Source: Selaginella moellendorffii
Lineage: Eukaryota; Plantae; Lycopodiophyta
Length of the DNA stretch: 64,000 nucleotides
NCBI RefSeq assembly: GCF_000143415.4
Contig: NW_003314267.1
Location: 3,393,137-3,457,136, forward strand
Reading direction: 5' to 3'
This document shows, piece by piece, positions 51,256-64,000 of this stretch (positions are counted from its first letter, which is position 1; the number at the start of each line of letters is the position of its first letter). The notes under the pieces were generated by a model. The model did no database searches. It saw nothing but the letters and a program-made list of their open reading frames with translations, and had not been told where the DNA came from. The position numbers were made by a program, and so were the translations under genes.

Positions 51256-51360
51256 CGTTTCCTTGACGAAGTTTCTCACAACTACCGTCTAATCGAAGCT
51301 CACGTAATCCTGAGAGCGTTTCCTTGACGAAGTTTCTCACAATCTCACGTAATCCGAGAT
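51256..51360. repeat. Imperfect direct tandem repeat
   Basis: CGTTTCCTTGACGAAGTTTCTCACAA...CTCACGTAATCC occurs twice. Confidence 0.8.
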
Positions 51361-51639
51361 GATTGTTATACAGGAGATAATCCTTAGAGCTGTCTAGAAA
51401 CTAGAAAGTTTGGAAAATTAGAAAGAACGGCTAGTGCTGGCGTCTTTGCACTTGGAGTAATCCGCTAGCTGTGGGGTAAGCTCGGGCAAGACTGTTGGGG
51501 GAGGTGTGGAGAGATCAAGCGGGCTTGCAGGATTTTCGAGGGGGTCCATAGCAGGCCAAGAGAAACTCCTACCCAGGTTTTGAAGAGTGATTGTTGACTT
51601 GTTTGTATCATTTTTCATATGTAACTAACATATTTTGTT

Positions 51640-52430
<791 letters not shown>

Positions 52431-52434
52431 TTAA

Positions 52435-53050
52435 ACATGAGTTCCTGGAGCAGTTGAGTTGAGAATCTGGCCACCCTGTCATTATGTAAAACAGAGTAGC
52501 CTTTCCTTATCTCATCCTGGTATTTAGGAAGCAACAAAAATCTTCAATCTGTGTCATAAACTTGCACATGGAATTATCGACTTCAATGGTGCTCACTTGC
52601 TCCACAAGCCACAGTGTGCCACTTCTGGAACTTGGCACAGTGCTACTCTATTCCAGCCTCAACAGCTTGTTTAATTGCAAGTTCCTTTGCTCATTTCAAG
52701 TTAGTTCTATAGTAGTTCTGGAAACTCCTCATTCTGGGTCACTACAGTGCCTTCTTCAAGCTTAATTCAAAGCTAAGAATCATGACAAGGCCCTTCACCT
52801 GTTGAGACCCTTACCAATTGGACATTCGCAGCTGTTGGATTAAACAATTTTATATCTAAGAACACTCCACCCACATGGGCCACCCAGGGTCATTATTGGG
52901 GGTAATATGCAACTAGCCTCCATCTTAAGTAATAATCTTTTCAGAAACTTGATGTCCATACTTGGCATATTGGCAACAATCATATTCTTTTTGAGATCAA
53001 TTGGACCCAACCTAATCCAACATACTAGGTGCTAAAGCACACACTAAGTA
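52435..53050 (-). pseudogene. Degenerate PPR-E+/DYW gene relic
   Basis: Fragments YAKYGH, STIEVDNSMCKF (E+), HNDRVA (HSERLA-like) and STAPGT. Homologous to 58720-59520. Confidence 0.65.
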
Positions 53051-53203
53051 ACAAAAACATAAGAAGGTGATATGCAAAAAATGAGAAAGATAAAGTTCAA
53101 GAAAAAAAACAATTAACAGCAGATTAAGATTTTTAAACTGTTAAGAAACAAATCACAACCATTAATAACTATAATATATTGATGAACCCTAAAACATAAA
53201 AAA

Positions 53204-55225
53204 ATGTTTATAGAAGAAGTCGCAGCCGTTTTGAGGGACTGCTCCAGTTGCCGAGATTTGCATCTTGGCCGGCAAATTCACTCCCAAATCCATGCCAGCC
53301 ACTACAAGAGCGATCGATACCTTGCTAATCTCCTCATAGAGATGTATGGAAAGTGTGGGAGCGTACAAGATGCCCGAGCTGTCTTTGATGATCTCGCTAG
53401 CCCCAATTCCCATTCTTGGGCATTGCTCATTTGTGCAATTGCCAACAATGGGCATCTTGATCATGCTGAGATGGTTCTTGATTCTATACCCGAGACCAAT
53501 GTCGTAGCCTGGAATTCACTTCTTACTGCATTTTCCAACCACAGCCATTTTGACGAGGTGGAGCGCTTCTTTTCTAGAATGCCAGTGAGGGATACTGTTT
53601 CATGGAACGCAATGTTGGTAGCAATTGCCAGAACTGGGCATATGATAAAAGTCAAAGATTTCTTTCAAAAAATTCCTAATCCCAACACTGTTTCATGGAA
53701 CATTCTCCTTCAAGCCCATCTTGATAATCAAGAGCTATCCATACAAGAGGTTGAAAAATTCTTCTTTGAAGTCTTTCCTAACAAGGACGTTATTTCCTGG
53801 ACAACTATGCTAACGGCATATGCCCGCTCTGGGTATCTTGAGAAGGCCAAAGAAACCTTTGACCGCTTAATGCCACGTTGCAACCTGGTGACGTGGAACT
53901 CTCTCCTGCAAGGTTTTGCAGATGCGTGCCACGTGGATGAGGCAAAGCGTCTGTTTGACCAGATGCCTCTGCGAGACATTGTCTCCTGGACAGCTATGCT
54001 TACGGCATATGCCTCTTCCGGGCATCTTGAAGATGCCAAGCGTGTGTTTGAGAACATCCCTGCACGGAATGTAGTGACGTGGAACGCAATGCTCCAATCG
54101 TACGTCCACGCCAGGCGCCTGGAATCTGTCAAGTGCATATTCGACTCCATGTTGGAGCGGAACATTGTGACGTGGACGACCATGCTCGTGGGATATGCCT
54201 GGGATGGCCAGGTGGACAGTGCCACGTTGCTCTTCTTCACAAGAATGCCAGAGTGGCACATTGTGTCATCGACCGCAATGGTGACGCTATATGCCCAAAA
54301 CGGGTATCTGGAGGATTCCAAGTGCGTGTTTGATTCTATGCCTGAGCACAATGTGGTGTGTTGCACAGCACTTATGCTTGGATATGCCCAGTCTGGGTAT
54401 ATTCAAGAAGCAAAGAAAATATTCGACAGAATGCCAAACCACGACCTCATCTCGTGGAATGTTTTAGTGGCCGCTTATGCCCAAAACGGGTATATGCAAG
54501 ACGCATCAACTTTGTCCACTCTAATGCCCGCCAAAGACACGTCGAGCTGGAACGGGATGATGGGGGCTCTCATAGGCACCATGAATCTTCACGATGCCAA
54601 TAGCATCTTTGCGGAGATCCCAGACAAGGACAAGTTCTCGTGGAACATCGCCATAACCGGGTGTGTGAGGAACGGTCGCGTGAGTGCCGCGAGAGTCCTT
54701 TTCGAGAGGATGAGCGAGTGGGATCTAGTCTCGTGGAACAACTTGATCGCGGCGTATGCCCACTATGGGCATAGCATCGACGCCATCGAGCTCTTCCAGA
54801 GAATGGAGTTCCATGGCGAGAGCCCCGATGAGATCTCGCTCGTGAGCGTTCTTACCGCGTGTAGCCGCGGGGGGCTGCTCGAGAGGGGCCATTCTTACTT
54901 CCTCTCGATGAAGGAGAGGCAGCTGCGATCTTGCAGAGATCACTACTGCTGCATGGTGGATTGTCTCGGTCGATCGGGCCACTTGGGCAGTGCGGAGGAG
55001 TTGATCCATTCCATGCCTTTCATGCCGGATCCAGTGGCGTGGGGCGCACTGCTCAATGCGTGTCGCCTCCACTGCGATGTCGATCGAGGAGCTAGAGTGG
55101 CAGAAAACATTCCCGGGAATGGAGCTCCTTACACTCTATTGTCTGAGATCTATGCAACCTCTCACATCTCTTCTCGTAGAGAGTTCTTGCCTTTCCACCA
55201 ACGAGGAAAACGCAGTGATTTGTAG
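53204..55225 (+). CDS. PLS-class PPR protein with E domain, no DYW (organellar RNA-editing factor type)
   Basis: Intronless 673 aa; tandem 31-aa repeats (DVISWTTMLTAYARSG); HYCCMVDCLGRSG; MPFMPDPVAWGALLNAC. Confidence 0.95.
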   Translation: MFIEEVAAVLRDCSSCRDLHLGRQIHSQIHASHYKSDRYLANLLIEMYGKCGSVQDARAVFDDLASPNSHSWALLICAIANNGHLDHAEMVLDSIPETNVVAWNSLLTAFSNHSHFDEVERFFSRMPVRDTVSWNAMLVAIARTGHMIKVKDFFQKIPNPNTVSWNILLQAHLDNQELSIQEVEKFFFEVFPNKDVISWTTMLTAYARSGYLEKAKETFDRLMPRCNLVTWNSLLQGFADACHVDEAKRLFDQMPLRDIVSWTAMLTAYASSGHLEDAKRVFENIPARNVVTWNAMLQSYVHARRLESVKCIFDSMLERNIVTWTTMLVGYAWDGQVDSATLLFFTRMPEWHIVSSTAMVTLYAQNGYLEDSKCVFDSMPEHNVVCCTALMLGYAQSGYIQEAKKIFDRMPNHDLISWNVLVAAYAQNGYMQDASTLSTLMPAKDTSSWNGMMGALIGTMNLHDANSIFAEIPDKDKFSWNIAITGCVRNGRVSAARVLFERMSEWDLVSWNNLIAAYAHYGHSIDAIELFQRMEFHGESPDEISLVSVLTACSRGGLLERGHSYFLSMKERQLRSCRDHYCCMVDCLGRSGHLGSAEELIHSMPFMPDPVAWGALLNACRLHCDVDRGARVAENIPGNGAPYTLLSEIYATSHISSRREFLPFHQRGKRSDL

Positions 55226-56669
55226 CAGCTTCTCGGAGTCGGCCAACGATCTCGGTGGCCAGCGCTTCTTCGAATCCTCGAGCCTGCGATGGAGAGGGCT
55301 GCACGGCCTGGTAAAGGACGCCACTTCTACGTCGCGCGCGATACCATCGAGCATGGAGTCCCAAAATCCGTCCAGCTCGTGCGCGCCGGATTCATTCTGG
55401 CCGTCAAGGAAGAACACGCCTTCCCTGAACCCAGAATACTTTGTTCCTCTTCTAGGAATCTTGGAGATAGCTGACGATTCAGTTCGCATTGGAAATTTCT
55501 CCATCAGGAGGTAGATTTTGTAAGCCTAGCATCCGATTGAAGAGTCTTTCTTCGATTGTTTCTCTCTCTTTTCTTCCATTGGAAACAGTTAATCCTTCTT
55601 TTCTCAAGGAAGAAATTTGGTTCTTATTTCTTTTTTTAGTTCTCTATCCCATATTTCTGGAGATACAAGCTTTTGTAAGCCAAGCTTTTTCCTCTGATTC
55701 GTACGCCATAAAAGAGCAGGGAAGCATATATGTTTCGTGCCAAGCAAGAGAGATCCTTACAAAGGACCAGTGACCAAAGGCTTCTCCAATATCCAATCTT
55801 TGTCACTATCAAACAACTCGCCCATATCTCATATGTTTAAACAATATACCAAGTGATTAATGTTTTGTTACTACATTTGGGTAACAATGGGAGGATTTCG
55901 AAATGAACTAGTTATTTCTCTGCCACAGCACTTTCAGCCTTCCATCAGCTTCCCCCTTCCATTTTCCCACAAAATCTGTAAGTCCATTGCCATTGCTTGA
56001 TGGAAACTGGTATGATATTTAACATAAAATATGGTTGGCTATTCTAGGATATCTTACAGTTGTTCATTTCGATTATTTTTGTGTTTATAATTATAATAAT
56101 GTTTAAGATTTTTTAATCTTTTAAATTTACTAGTCTAGGACTAAAGACCTTTTGGATAGAGCAAGTGAAAGGAACAGGTTAAAGTAAATTTTGAAGCAAT
56201 TTTAAATTCACAACATAAAGTAAATTTTTGGGATATTAGGTGGTTGACAATCTAAAAGGTAGGGTACTAATTATGTCTTTCGTCTAACAAAATAGTTTTT
56301 ATGGTGATTTAAGAAAACAGGCCTATTTGTGGGGAAGCTCTTAGTGCACACCCTAACTCTGGATTGCGCTTCTACACAACCATGTGTGTTCTTTGAAGGA
56401 GAGAGTTGAGCAATCTTGTAAAATAAGAATAAGAAAAATGCTATTTCTAGCTTTTTTTTAACACAAAGAAAATTATTATATCATTTTATAGGAATTAAAT
56501 TAACCAATATCAGCTAAATTATTAAGTTTATTTTAAAAGCTTAAGCTAGTTTTTGCAAAGTTTCTTTTGTAATTTTGTAAAGTGGTCTAGATTTTATTTG
56601 TGCTTTGATTTTAAAAGCCTTAACTATGAGTCAAAATTTCCATGATTCCTAGAAGTATTAATAAGAGAT

Positions 56670-57290
56670 ATTATCCATTGTTATCCAACTCTCTCTTGCT
56701 TAACTTACTTTTAATCCAATCCCTATTGTGAGAACATACTGTGACCATTGTTGTCCAAGTCATACAAGTCTCTAGTGTCAAACATCTCCACTCATGACAA
56801 CCACTTTGTCTGAGTATATATAGACTGTACATAGATAGACCACCCAAGAGCTTGCAGTGATTGTTTAGAAAAACTAAAACCATGCTTCTTTAAGGCTTGG
56901 TATATTTATGGAGGATTTTGGTTGAGAGTCACCATATAGAAGGTGATGCAATTGAAAGCAAGCATATCATATTTTCTTTCTAAGTCAAGGAAAAACCACA
57001 AGTATTTGGTTATCTGATGTTTAACATTCTTTGCAAATTCCTCAAAAGCATAGTGGGAATGGAGCCTAGGAACAGTTGACTTTATTGATAACAGATCCCT
57101 CTGAACAAAATGTCTAAATATTCAAGTGATCTGATATATTGGAAAAGAACAACTTAGAGGCATCACTCATCATTTGTAACAAAAGGCTCTATTTCATTCT
57201 TGATGTCTATTGTTGCTAATTGAGCATATATAGGAGTAGGACTTACACTTAGCTATGCTAGCACCAAGGCAAGGCTGCCACACTAAGCTT
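56670..57290 (-). pseudogene. Possible highly degenerate PPR relic
   Basis: TWTTMVTVCSHN and MFD..RDL fragments only. Confidence 0.3.
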
Positions 57291-57429
57291 ACAATATCCT
57301 TATTCAACAATGAGTATTAGATACATGTGATTTAATATATATTTACTCTTCCTCTCTTTATAGTCTCTTTAGTTCTTAGTAAAATGACATTTAACTCTAA
57401 ATATCTTAAAATCCTTAATAGATTGATAA

Positions 57430-57598
57430 ATAATTTGCTACACAATGCATGTAGTAATGTTTGGTTTGCTTAATAGTAATGTTAATCTTACTTATAATCC
57501 AATTGATCAAATAAAAGTTTATAATTATAAACATGTTTATAATTTATAAACACAAGATTAATCTTATTGCATATCAACTACTAGAATAAAAAAGAATA
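57430..57598. repeat. AT-rich dispersed repeat, copy 3 (inverted, abuts the gap)
   Basis: Reverse complement matches 10080-10230 and 7460-7600. Confidence 0.75.
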
Positions 57599-57729
57599 NN
57601 NNNNNNNNNNNNNNNNNNNNNNNNNNNNNNNNNNNNNNNNNNNNNNNNNNNNNNNNNNNNNNNNNNNNNNNNNNNNNNNNNNNNNNNNNNNNNNNNNNNN
57701 NNNNNNNNNNNNNNNNNNNNNNNNNNNNN
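57599..57729. other. Assembly gap (N run)
   Basis: Run of n characters. Confidence 1.
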
Positions 57730-57874
57730 TGTGATATAGCTTTTATTTAGCCTCGTGATCTAGCTCATGACATTAGTTCACATGACTTCAATTGCTACCT
57801 TTTAGGCTGACACAATTAGTCAATCAATAATACTCTAACATCTGCTACAAGAATACAAAAGTATAAGAAAAGAC

Positions 57875-57913
57875 ATTCTTTATATCACATATAACATCAT
57901 GTGGTGTAATTGA

Positions 57914-57986
<73 letters not shown>

Positions 57987-58565
57987 CAAAATTAAAGTTG
58001 TTTTGTAAGTGAAAATAAAAAAATCTGAACAATAGTATTATATTGACTATAATGCCTTTTTTATTTTCTGTATATATTATAGAATTTCCATCAATAAGAA
58101 CATAACTTAAAATGTTAAAAATAATTCATAGAGAAACTAGTAATAGATGTCATTTGATTGTTCTTGTACCATAAAAGAAAATTATATTGAATTTTATATT
58201 TATCATCTATAATTTTACATGACTTTGAACATGTTTGAATCATAATATTCTTATAGAAATTTAGTTTACATCCAAAACTAATTTTTAATAATGAACCAAA
58301 AATAGTATTACTTTTATGTGAACATGTTGATGGTATATGTTGAAATTTTACTGCAACTACTCCTCTATAAAAAACAACATAAGCTAACTTATTTAAAATC
58401 TATTGGATAATCTCCATATGCTTCAATTTTCAATAAAATTTTGAAAACCATATTCTATAATAAACCTCATTTTATTTTCAGTAAGAGAATTAATTTCACC
58501 CCATTCAACAGATCTTAGACAAAATATTAGACTAATTAAAATTAGAAAAAAAATATATTAGCCAT
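57875..58565 (-). pseudogene. Pseudogene paralog of the secreted lectin gene
   Basis: Colinear with 27955-28799 from the ATG (GCCAT 58561-58565), e.g. CCCCATTCAACA, GAACATGTTGA, ACCATAAAAGAAAATTATATT, AGAATTTCCATCAAT. Carries stops, indels and a TA expansion. Confidence 0.85.
57917..57984. repeat. (TA)n microsatellite
   Basis: Directly visible. Confidence 0.98.
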
Positions 58566-58669
58566 AAAATATATATATTTAAAGTGGGAAAAGATAAGGT
58601 TATTAGTGGATATGCCAAGAAAGCTATACTCTCTATTGTTATAATATTTTATAAGACACAAAGCTCATT

Positions 58670-60520
58670 AACAAGTGACCTTTGAAATGATGGAACTTTA
58701 TTGAAGTCATGAGTTTAATAGTTCCTAAAGTACTCAAGTTGAGAATCTACCTAGCCTCTCACTGTGCAAAAAGTGCAACCCCTTTCTCATCTTAGTATCT
58801 AAATGCATCCAAATTTCTCCCATCAACATCATAAACTTGTGTTTGGATTTGTCAACTTTGATGGTGCTCACTTACTTTATAATGAACTTCTAGACTTTAG
58901 CCATAACAGCCATTTCTAGATCTCAGTATAGATTTTTAACAGTGCTACTATGTTCTAACCTCAACAACTTAATTTGTTGCAAATTCTTTAGCTCATTTTA
59001 AGTTTATATGGTTCCTTATTTTGGGCCACTATATCTAAGAAGATTAACAAGTGCTTTGTTCAAGCTTAATTTAAAATCAGGAATCATGACAAAGGCCCTT
59101 TAACTTTTGAGACCCTCAAAAATTAGACTATTGCAGTTGTTGGATGAAAAAGAAAAACAAGAATAGATCTTCTTAGTTGTTTTAAGAACACTTGCACTCC
59201 ACTATATCTTTTTGGTTTGCTTTAAGGGAGTGTACAGAAAATATGTAGAATATTCAAGCATATTCTAGGATATTTTTTAATCTAATAATTGTGATTTTCT
59301 CATTTTAAAATTTTTATTGGTTTAACATAATAATCATTAATATAAACCAAATAAGTAAATTTCAAGGAGAGTTACAATAAATTATTAAGGAGGGTAACAT
59401 ACAGGCCTCCACAACCAGCCTCTATCTCAAGAAAACATCTTATTAAAAACTGGTTAAGCTTCTTGATGATTATGTTAACTCAATCCAGCATCCTAAGTGC
59501 TAGAGCACACACTCATATAAGTCACCTTGTCAGGTCTCAAGTGCACCTTTGGTAAATCTAAATTGCATCTTTACCTCAATTATTATTTATATAGGCTAAG
59601 AGCATTTTTTTCTAGAACACCATATCCTGAGAGCTTTGTCAATAGCATCAAAAACTTCTATAGTGTCCATACATTGTTATCATTGCATTGACAACAAGCT
59701 AATGCAATGGAGCTTCTCATTAGAGGTTTTTGACACTATTGATGTGGTGTTGTGGAATTGTATGCTTTTGTAAATAACCAAAGATGATAACTCAAACAAT
59801 GATTTAAATATAAAGGGAAAGGCCCATGAATGAGAGTGCACCCCCTTTTTCAATCGATTAAGGATTTGGGATATTTAAGGTTAAGTGTCCTTGGGTTTTA
59901 GTATACTAAACTTATTAGCTTCCCAAGACCAAAACACCATAGGCTGAGAGATATAAAGTCCTGCTTGTATGATTTACTTAAAGCAAACACAGTGATTGCT
60001 ATATATGGACAAATAAGGAAGGTGATGGGGAAAGTTTAATTGACAAATATACAAAGGCTCTTTTACTTTCCAGCTAAGAAGTAGGGTGGCTGTTGTGTTC
60101 TTGTTATTGATTTTGAGTTTTTGCCTTTGCAGAATATACCCACTAAATTATCTTGAAAAGATTGAAGACCATAACAGTTATTCTTATATTTTAGAGATTA
60201 ACAGTCACTCTTCAAAACTTGCAAAGGAATTCCTCTTGGCCCCTCAAAAAATCCTACAAGCCTACTCAATTTCATATAGAGTTTGGATAGTCTTGTCCAA
60301 GTTTACCCTATAGCTAATAGCTTATCATGGACTAGAACCACAAGTAGTTAGGATTTTCACCATGGCCTTAGTAGCAAAGTGGCAAAAAGCCTTTTAGATA
60401 TTGCCATAAAGAGCATGAGGCCTAGCCATGGTACTCTAGCTATATGTAGCCCATTATTGCTACCCCTACACTGCACATTGTTCCTCACACAGCCTCTCTA
60501 AATCACTACAAGAGCCCAAG
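58670..60520 (-). pseudogene. Degenerate PLS-PPR-DYW gene relic
   Basis: Fragments AMVKILTTC, VVNAMITMYG, RPDKVTYMSV, STIKVD, HSERL and KFHHFKG appear in PPR-E+-DYW order. Confidence 0.7.
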
Positions 60521-62809
60521 GTAGTAAATGGAAGTTAGGATTGGTGTTAGGATCTTAGCTCATGAGTCCTAGACTAGCAAGTCTTAGCTCATGAAGCCTA
60601 AAACATGAAAGATTTGACATGTATAAGAAGCAATTGGAAGTGGGTAGAGCATTATACAAGAGCTAAGAGTTATCTTCTAGGATTCAAAAACCCATTTGAG
60701 GAATAAGATCTTCTAGGATTCCTTTGATCTAGCAATAATGAAGAATCCCAAATGCTGGGTGATATTAATTGGAAGCCTATTGAGCATGCTAAATTGTGAG
60801 TTAAATAAGCTAAATTATGTAAGCTTTATTTTGAATAATGAAGTTTTGGTAATGAATTTTTGGATTGATAACATCTAAATATCTAAATGATTTTTTTTCC
60901 ATTGAATTGTTGCTCTTTTAGCCTTTCTCATTAATTTTTTAAGCCACTTGAACTCATAAATATTTAATGAGCATTCATCCATTAGTCAAAATAGAGACTA
61001 TTGAACAATGTGACTGCATACAAGTAGTACAATAACATTGTTATAATTCTTGTTATTGTTTACTTGAAAAGTACAAAGTGGATCATTTGGTGTTGGTTTG
61101 TTTTTCTAATCTTAAGGTATGTGGGTTATAATGCACATAGTTTTGATTTTATACTCTATAATAAATTATTATAGGATAACCATGAAGTAGAACTTATCCT
61201 TAGATACACAAAACTTGAGTTTTAGGATTTAGGCTACTAAATGAAAGAATAAAGCCAAATTGCTAAGTGTATAGCCAAGAAGTGAAAGAATAAAAACACA
61301 AAGTGATATTATAACAATCTTAGAACACTTAGAATGTGAAATAGAGATAAAATAAATTTAGTGTTATTTTAGCTTACAAATGGCCTAACATAAGGATATG
61401 GGAACTTTAGGTACTTGTAAGCCCTAAATTTTCCTTTTCTAATTTTTTAGTTTACCTTGTAAGTTCTCTTGTTAAGGTTTATATTATTGTACCTTCTACT
61501 TAGGTTTATGTCACAAAAGTAACTATAGGTATCAAAAATTACTTATGTGCAAGTCCTTTTAAATATTCTTCTTTTACTGCCACAACAGCAAAGGGTCAGT
61601 AGTGCTAGACCCTTTATTAGTCCCTTTTATACTAACTAGGCATTTCAACTGTACTTAGACCAGACAAGTATAAGGATGGAATTCTTATTGGCCATCCAAG
61701 GTGGGACACATGAAGCCCATAAGTTGACATGGATCTTTTTTTATATTGGATTTTGAAGGTAATTAAAAAAAAGTGTTAGTGCAATATGGATATCCAAAGA
61801 TATGATTTATATTATTGAGTCTTGGGCGTGTAAGCGACTAATTTTTTTATTCTACTTTAGTTACTTAATCACACCTTCGACCACTTAGAGGAGTCTCACT
61901 CACAACCTCCATAGGTCTTATTTCGGACTTGGGGACTTGTTAGCCCCATGAATAGCATTTATGCCACTTAGCCTTTACATTTGGTCTAAGTGCTCTATGT
62001 GTCCAATCCCATGACTGACACACAAAGGTACCACTAACATATCGGCCTGTTACGCTAAGGCCATGCCCATTCACCCTTGTCACATCGGTAATCAAAGACC
62101 ACTTACATCACAATCCTGTCTCTCAACGACTATGCCATCTGTCCATGAGTGGTCATCCTTTGACCACACCTTAGCACCTTTAGGATGCCTAAAGACATGG
62201 GGAACACCCTTCCCCAATATCCCTTCTTCCATCCCCACCAAATCCCTCTCCATCCACGGTCGTGCTTGTTAACATTGCCACTGGGTCAAGGCCCAAATGC
62301 CCAACCATTAAGTCCCATTGACCTTTAGGACTTTCTCACCATATGATCACTATACTAGAAGATTACTCCTCTTCCTTTCCATAATCTGGGATTTTGGGAT
62401 GACATTTTGAAATATTATAGCCTTATGCAAGCCTAGTGGGTACTCTCCTTAGCTTCTGCTTTTAAGTGCCTTAGCCATGTGGCAAAGCAAGGTTTCGATA
62501 AGCCACACAAGATATCCAAGTAGGTAGTGCCACCCACGCTTGGATTGGGAGTATCAACCATTCGATCTCCCAAGAGAGTTAGAGCCATCACTTGAACGCT
62601 TCACTAAACTACCCTGCTTGTCTATCTATATTCACTTTATCCTTGGACTCCTTAGTGGATATATCATCACCCAACACATGGGTATAACCTTCCTTGGTCA
62701 TATTGGCTTTTCTGGCCAAATTGGCTCCACAGAGTCCTCCCTCTACTATACTTTTGGAGCTTACCAAACCCCCCAGGGTTTGGGAGATGATCCCCTTGGG
62801 CTTTTACCC

Positions 62810-63225
62810 TTGGACTCGGACACAAACTTGGACTTAGACTTGGTCTTGGACTCGGTCTCAGTCTTGGTCTCAGTTTTGATCTTGATCTTTGTCTTGGTCT
62901 TGGTCTCAGTCTCAGCCTTGACCATGGACTCCATCTTAGGTCCATTTCAGACTCGATCTCAAACCCCATCTTGGGTCCATCTCGGACTCCATCTCAGATC
63001 CATTTCGGATCCATATTGGACTCCATATCAAACTCCTTCTCGGGTTCATATCAAACACTATCTCGGACTTCATCTTGGACTCCATCTTAGACTCCATCTC
63101 GAGTCCATATCAGGTCCATCTCAGGTCTATATTAGATTCCATCTCAGACTCCATTTCGGACTCCATCTTGGACTCTATCTCAGACTCTTTCTCGGGTCTC
63201 ATCTTAGACTTGTTCTTGACACTTC
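62810..63225. repeat. Degenerate 6-bp and 12-bp tandem repeats (GTCTYR; GACTCCATCTYR)
   Basis: Many consecutive GACTCCATCT-like units inside decayed, possibly retroelement-derived sequence. Confidence 0.8.
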
Positions 63226-64000
63226 CATGTTTCATGACACTTGCCATGTATTAGTCCTTCTTGTATCCCTTTTTAGAGACTCATTCACCAATTACTTCAT
63301 ACTCATTCCTTAGGCACTTTATTTGGAGTTCTACTCCCACTCTCAACTTTCCAAGTTAGCATTTTTGGTCCAAACATGTTACACTTGTTGAATTTCCACT
63401 TCAACCATTACCATGTGGCACATTTTCAGCTCCACTTTGGGGCTCAAGGATTTGTGTCTCACAACTCCACCACCCATAGATGAAGTTTAATGTCTTCATC
63501 GAATGATAAATCATTTTATAAAGTAACCCTATCATGGATTACCATTTTCCTTAGCACTAAGCCAATATTTGTCAATGGTTCAACACCAAAGGCTCACCAT
63601 GCCTTTCCCCTCTAAAGAGTATGGTGTCCCCAACTTAAACTCATTAGACCACTTGTGGTGGTTCTCTCCCTTTATTTGGTTTAGTTATCGCTAAACCTGT
63701 TAAAGACCCCTTCTCTATCTTAATTCAACTGCTTATTCCCGAGTAATCTTAGCTTCTATCAACATAACCATCACACTTTGGAATTTTTAATTTTGACTTC
63801 TTGAAGTCAATTTCTTAGGTATCTCTAATACCTTGTATTACATATGTTGTGCAAATTCCACTTTCCCATCCTAGGAAGTTTTTTACTTGAGGGCATCATC
63901 ATCCTCTCTTTTATTTCATACCACTCTAGACACTAAGTTCTATTTATCCATAATTTGTCGTAGGGCTATCCACGGCCTTATCGTTTAGCTATTTTGCTAT

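Noticed and set aside
51256-51360. Repeat-spacer-repeat resembling CRISPR
   Set aside because: Only two units, the spacer is partly duplicated, and the context is eukaryotic; a simple tandem duplication.
51418-51618. Pro-rich minus ORF
   Set aside because: Short, with no motif or splice support.
52435-53050. First read as a transposon ORF remnant
   Set aside because: E+ and HSERLA-like motifs show it is a PPR-DYW relic.
55136-55514. ORFs on both strands overlapping the PPR 3' end
   Set aside because: No recognisable motif; not a DYW continuation. May be an unidentified gene relic but unsupported.
62540-63313. 257-aa + strand ORF
   Set aside because: TTG start; length explained by stop-free tandem repeats; no domain motif.

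Overview
Eukaryotic nuclear DNA from a compact-genome, non-flowering land plant, most likely the lycophyte Selaginella. This is inferred from ~50-70 nt introns, intergenic gaps of 80-200 bp, a DNMT3-DUF3444 methyltransferase and many PLS-PPR genes and relics. The gene-dense part (1-51 kb) holds: a large double-SF1-helicase/TPR gene, two convergent bacterial-type DUF5077/DUF3472 genes, tRNA-Leu, a subtilase and its pseudogene, plastid EF-G, an SMP-type LEA, a small secreted-peptide candidate, CYP97A, an AT-rich secreted GNA-lectin chimera, RRP6-like, CRIPT, three FUT8/GT23-like glycosyltransferases around a GH35 beta-galactosidase, tRNA-Asn, FKBP15, soluble PPase, rhomboid, a CHCH-like protein, DNMT3 and Cpn10. 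The right end (51-64 kb) is AT-rich and decayed, with one intact PPR gene, PPR-DYW and lectin relics, TA microsatellites and an N gap. Most notable: (1) the DUF3472 pair lies in a tandem duplication beside tRNA-Leu with one copy inverted; (2) a RelE/ParE-like segment lies between the two helicase modules; (3) a PPR-DYW relic plus lectin-gene block recurs three times. Family assignments come from motif recognition by eye, not database searches.
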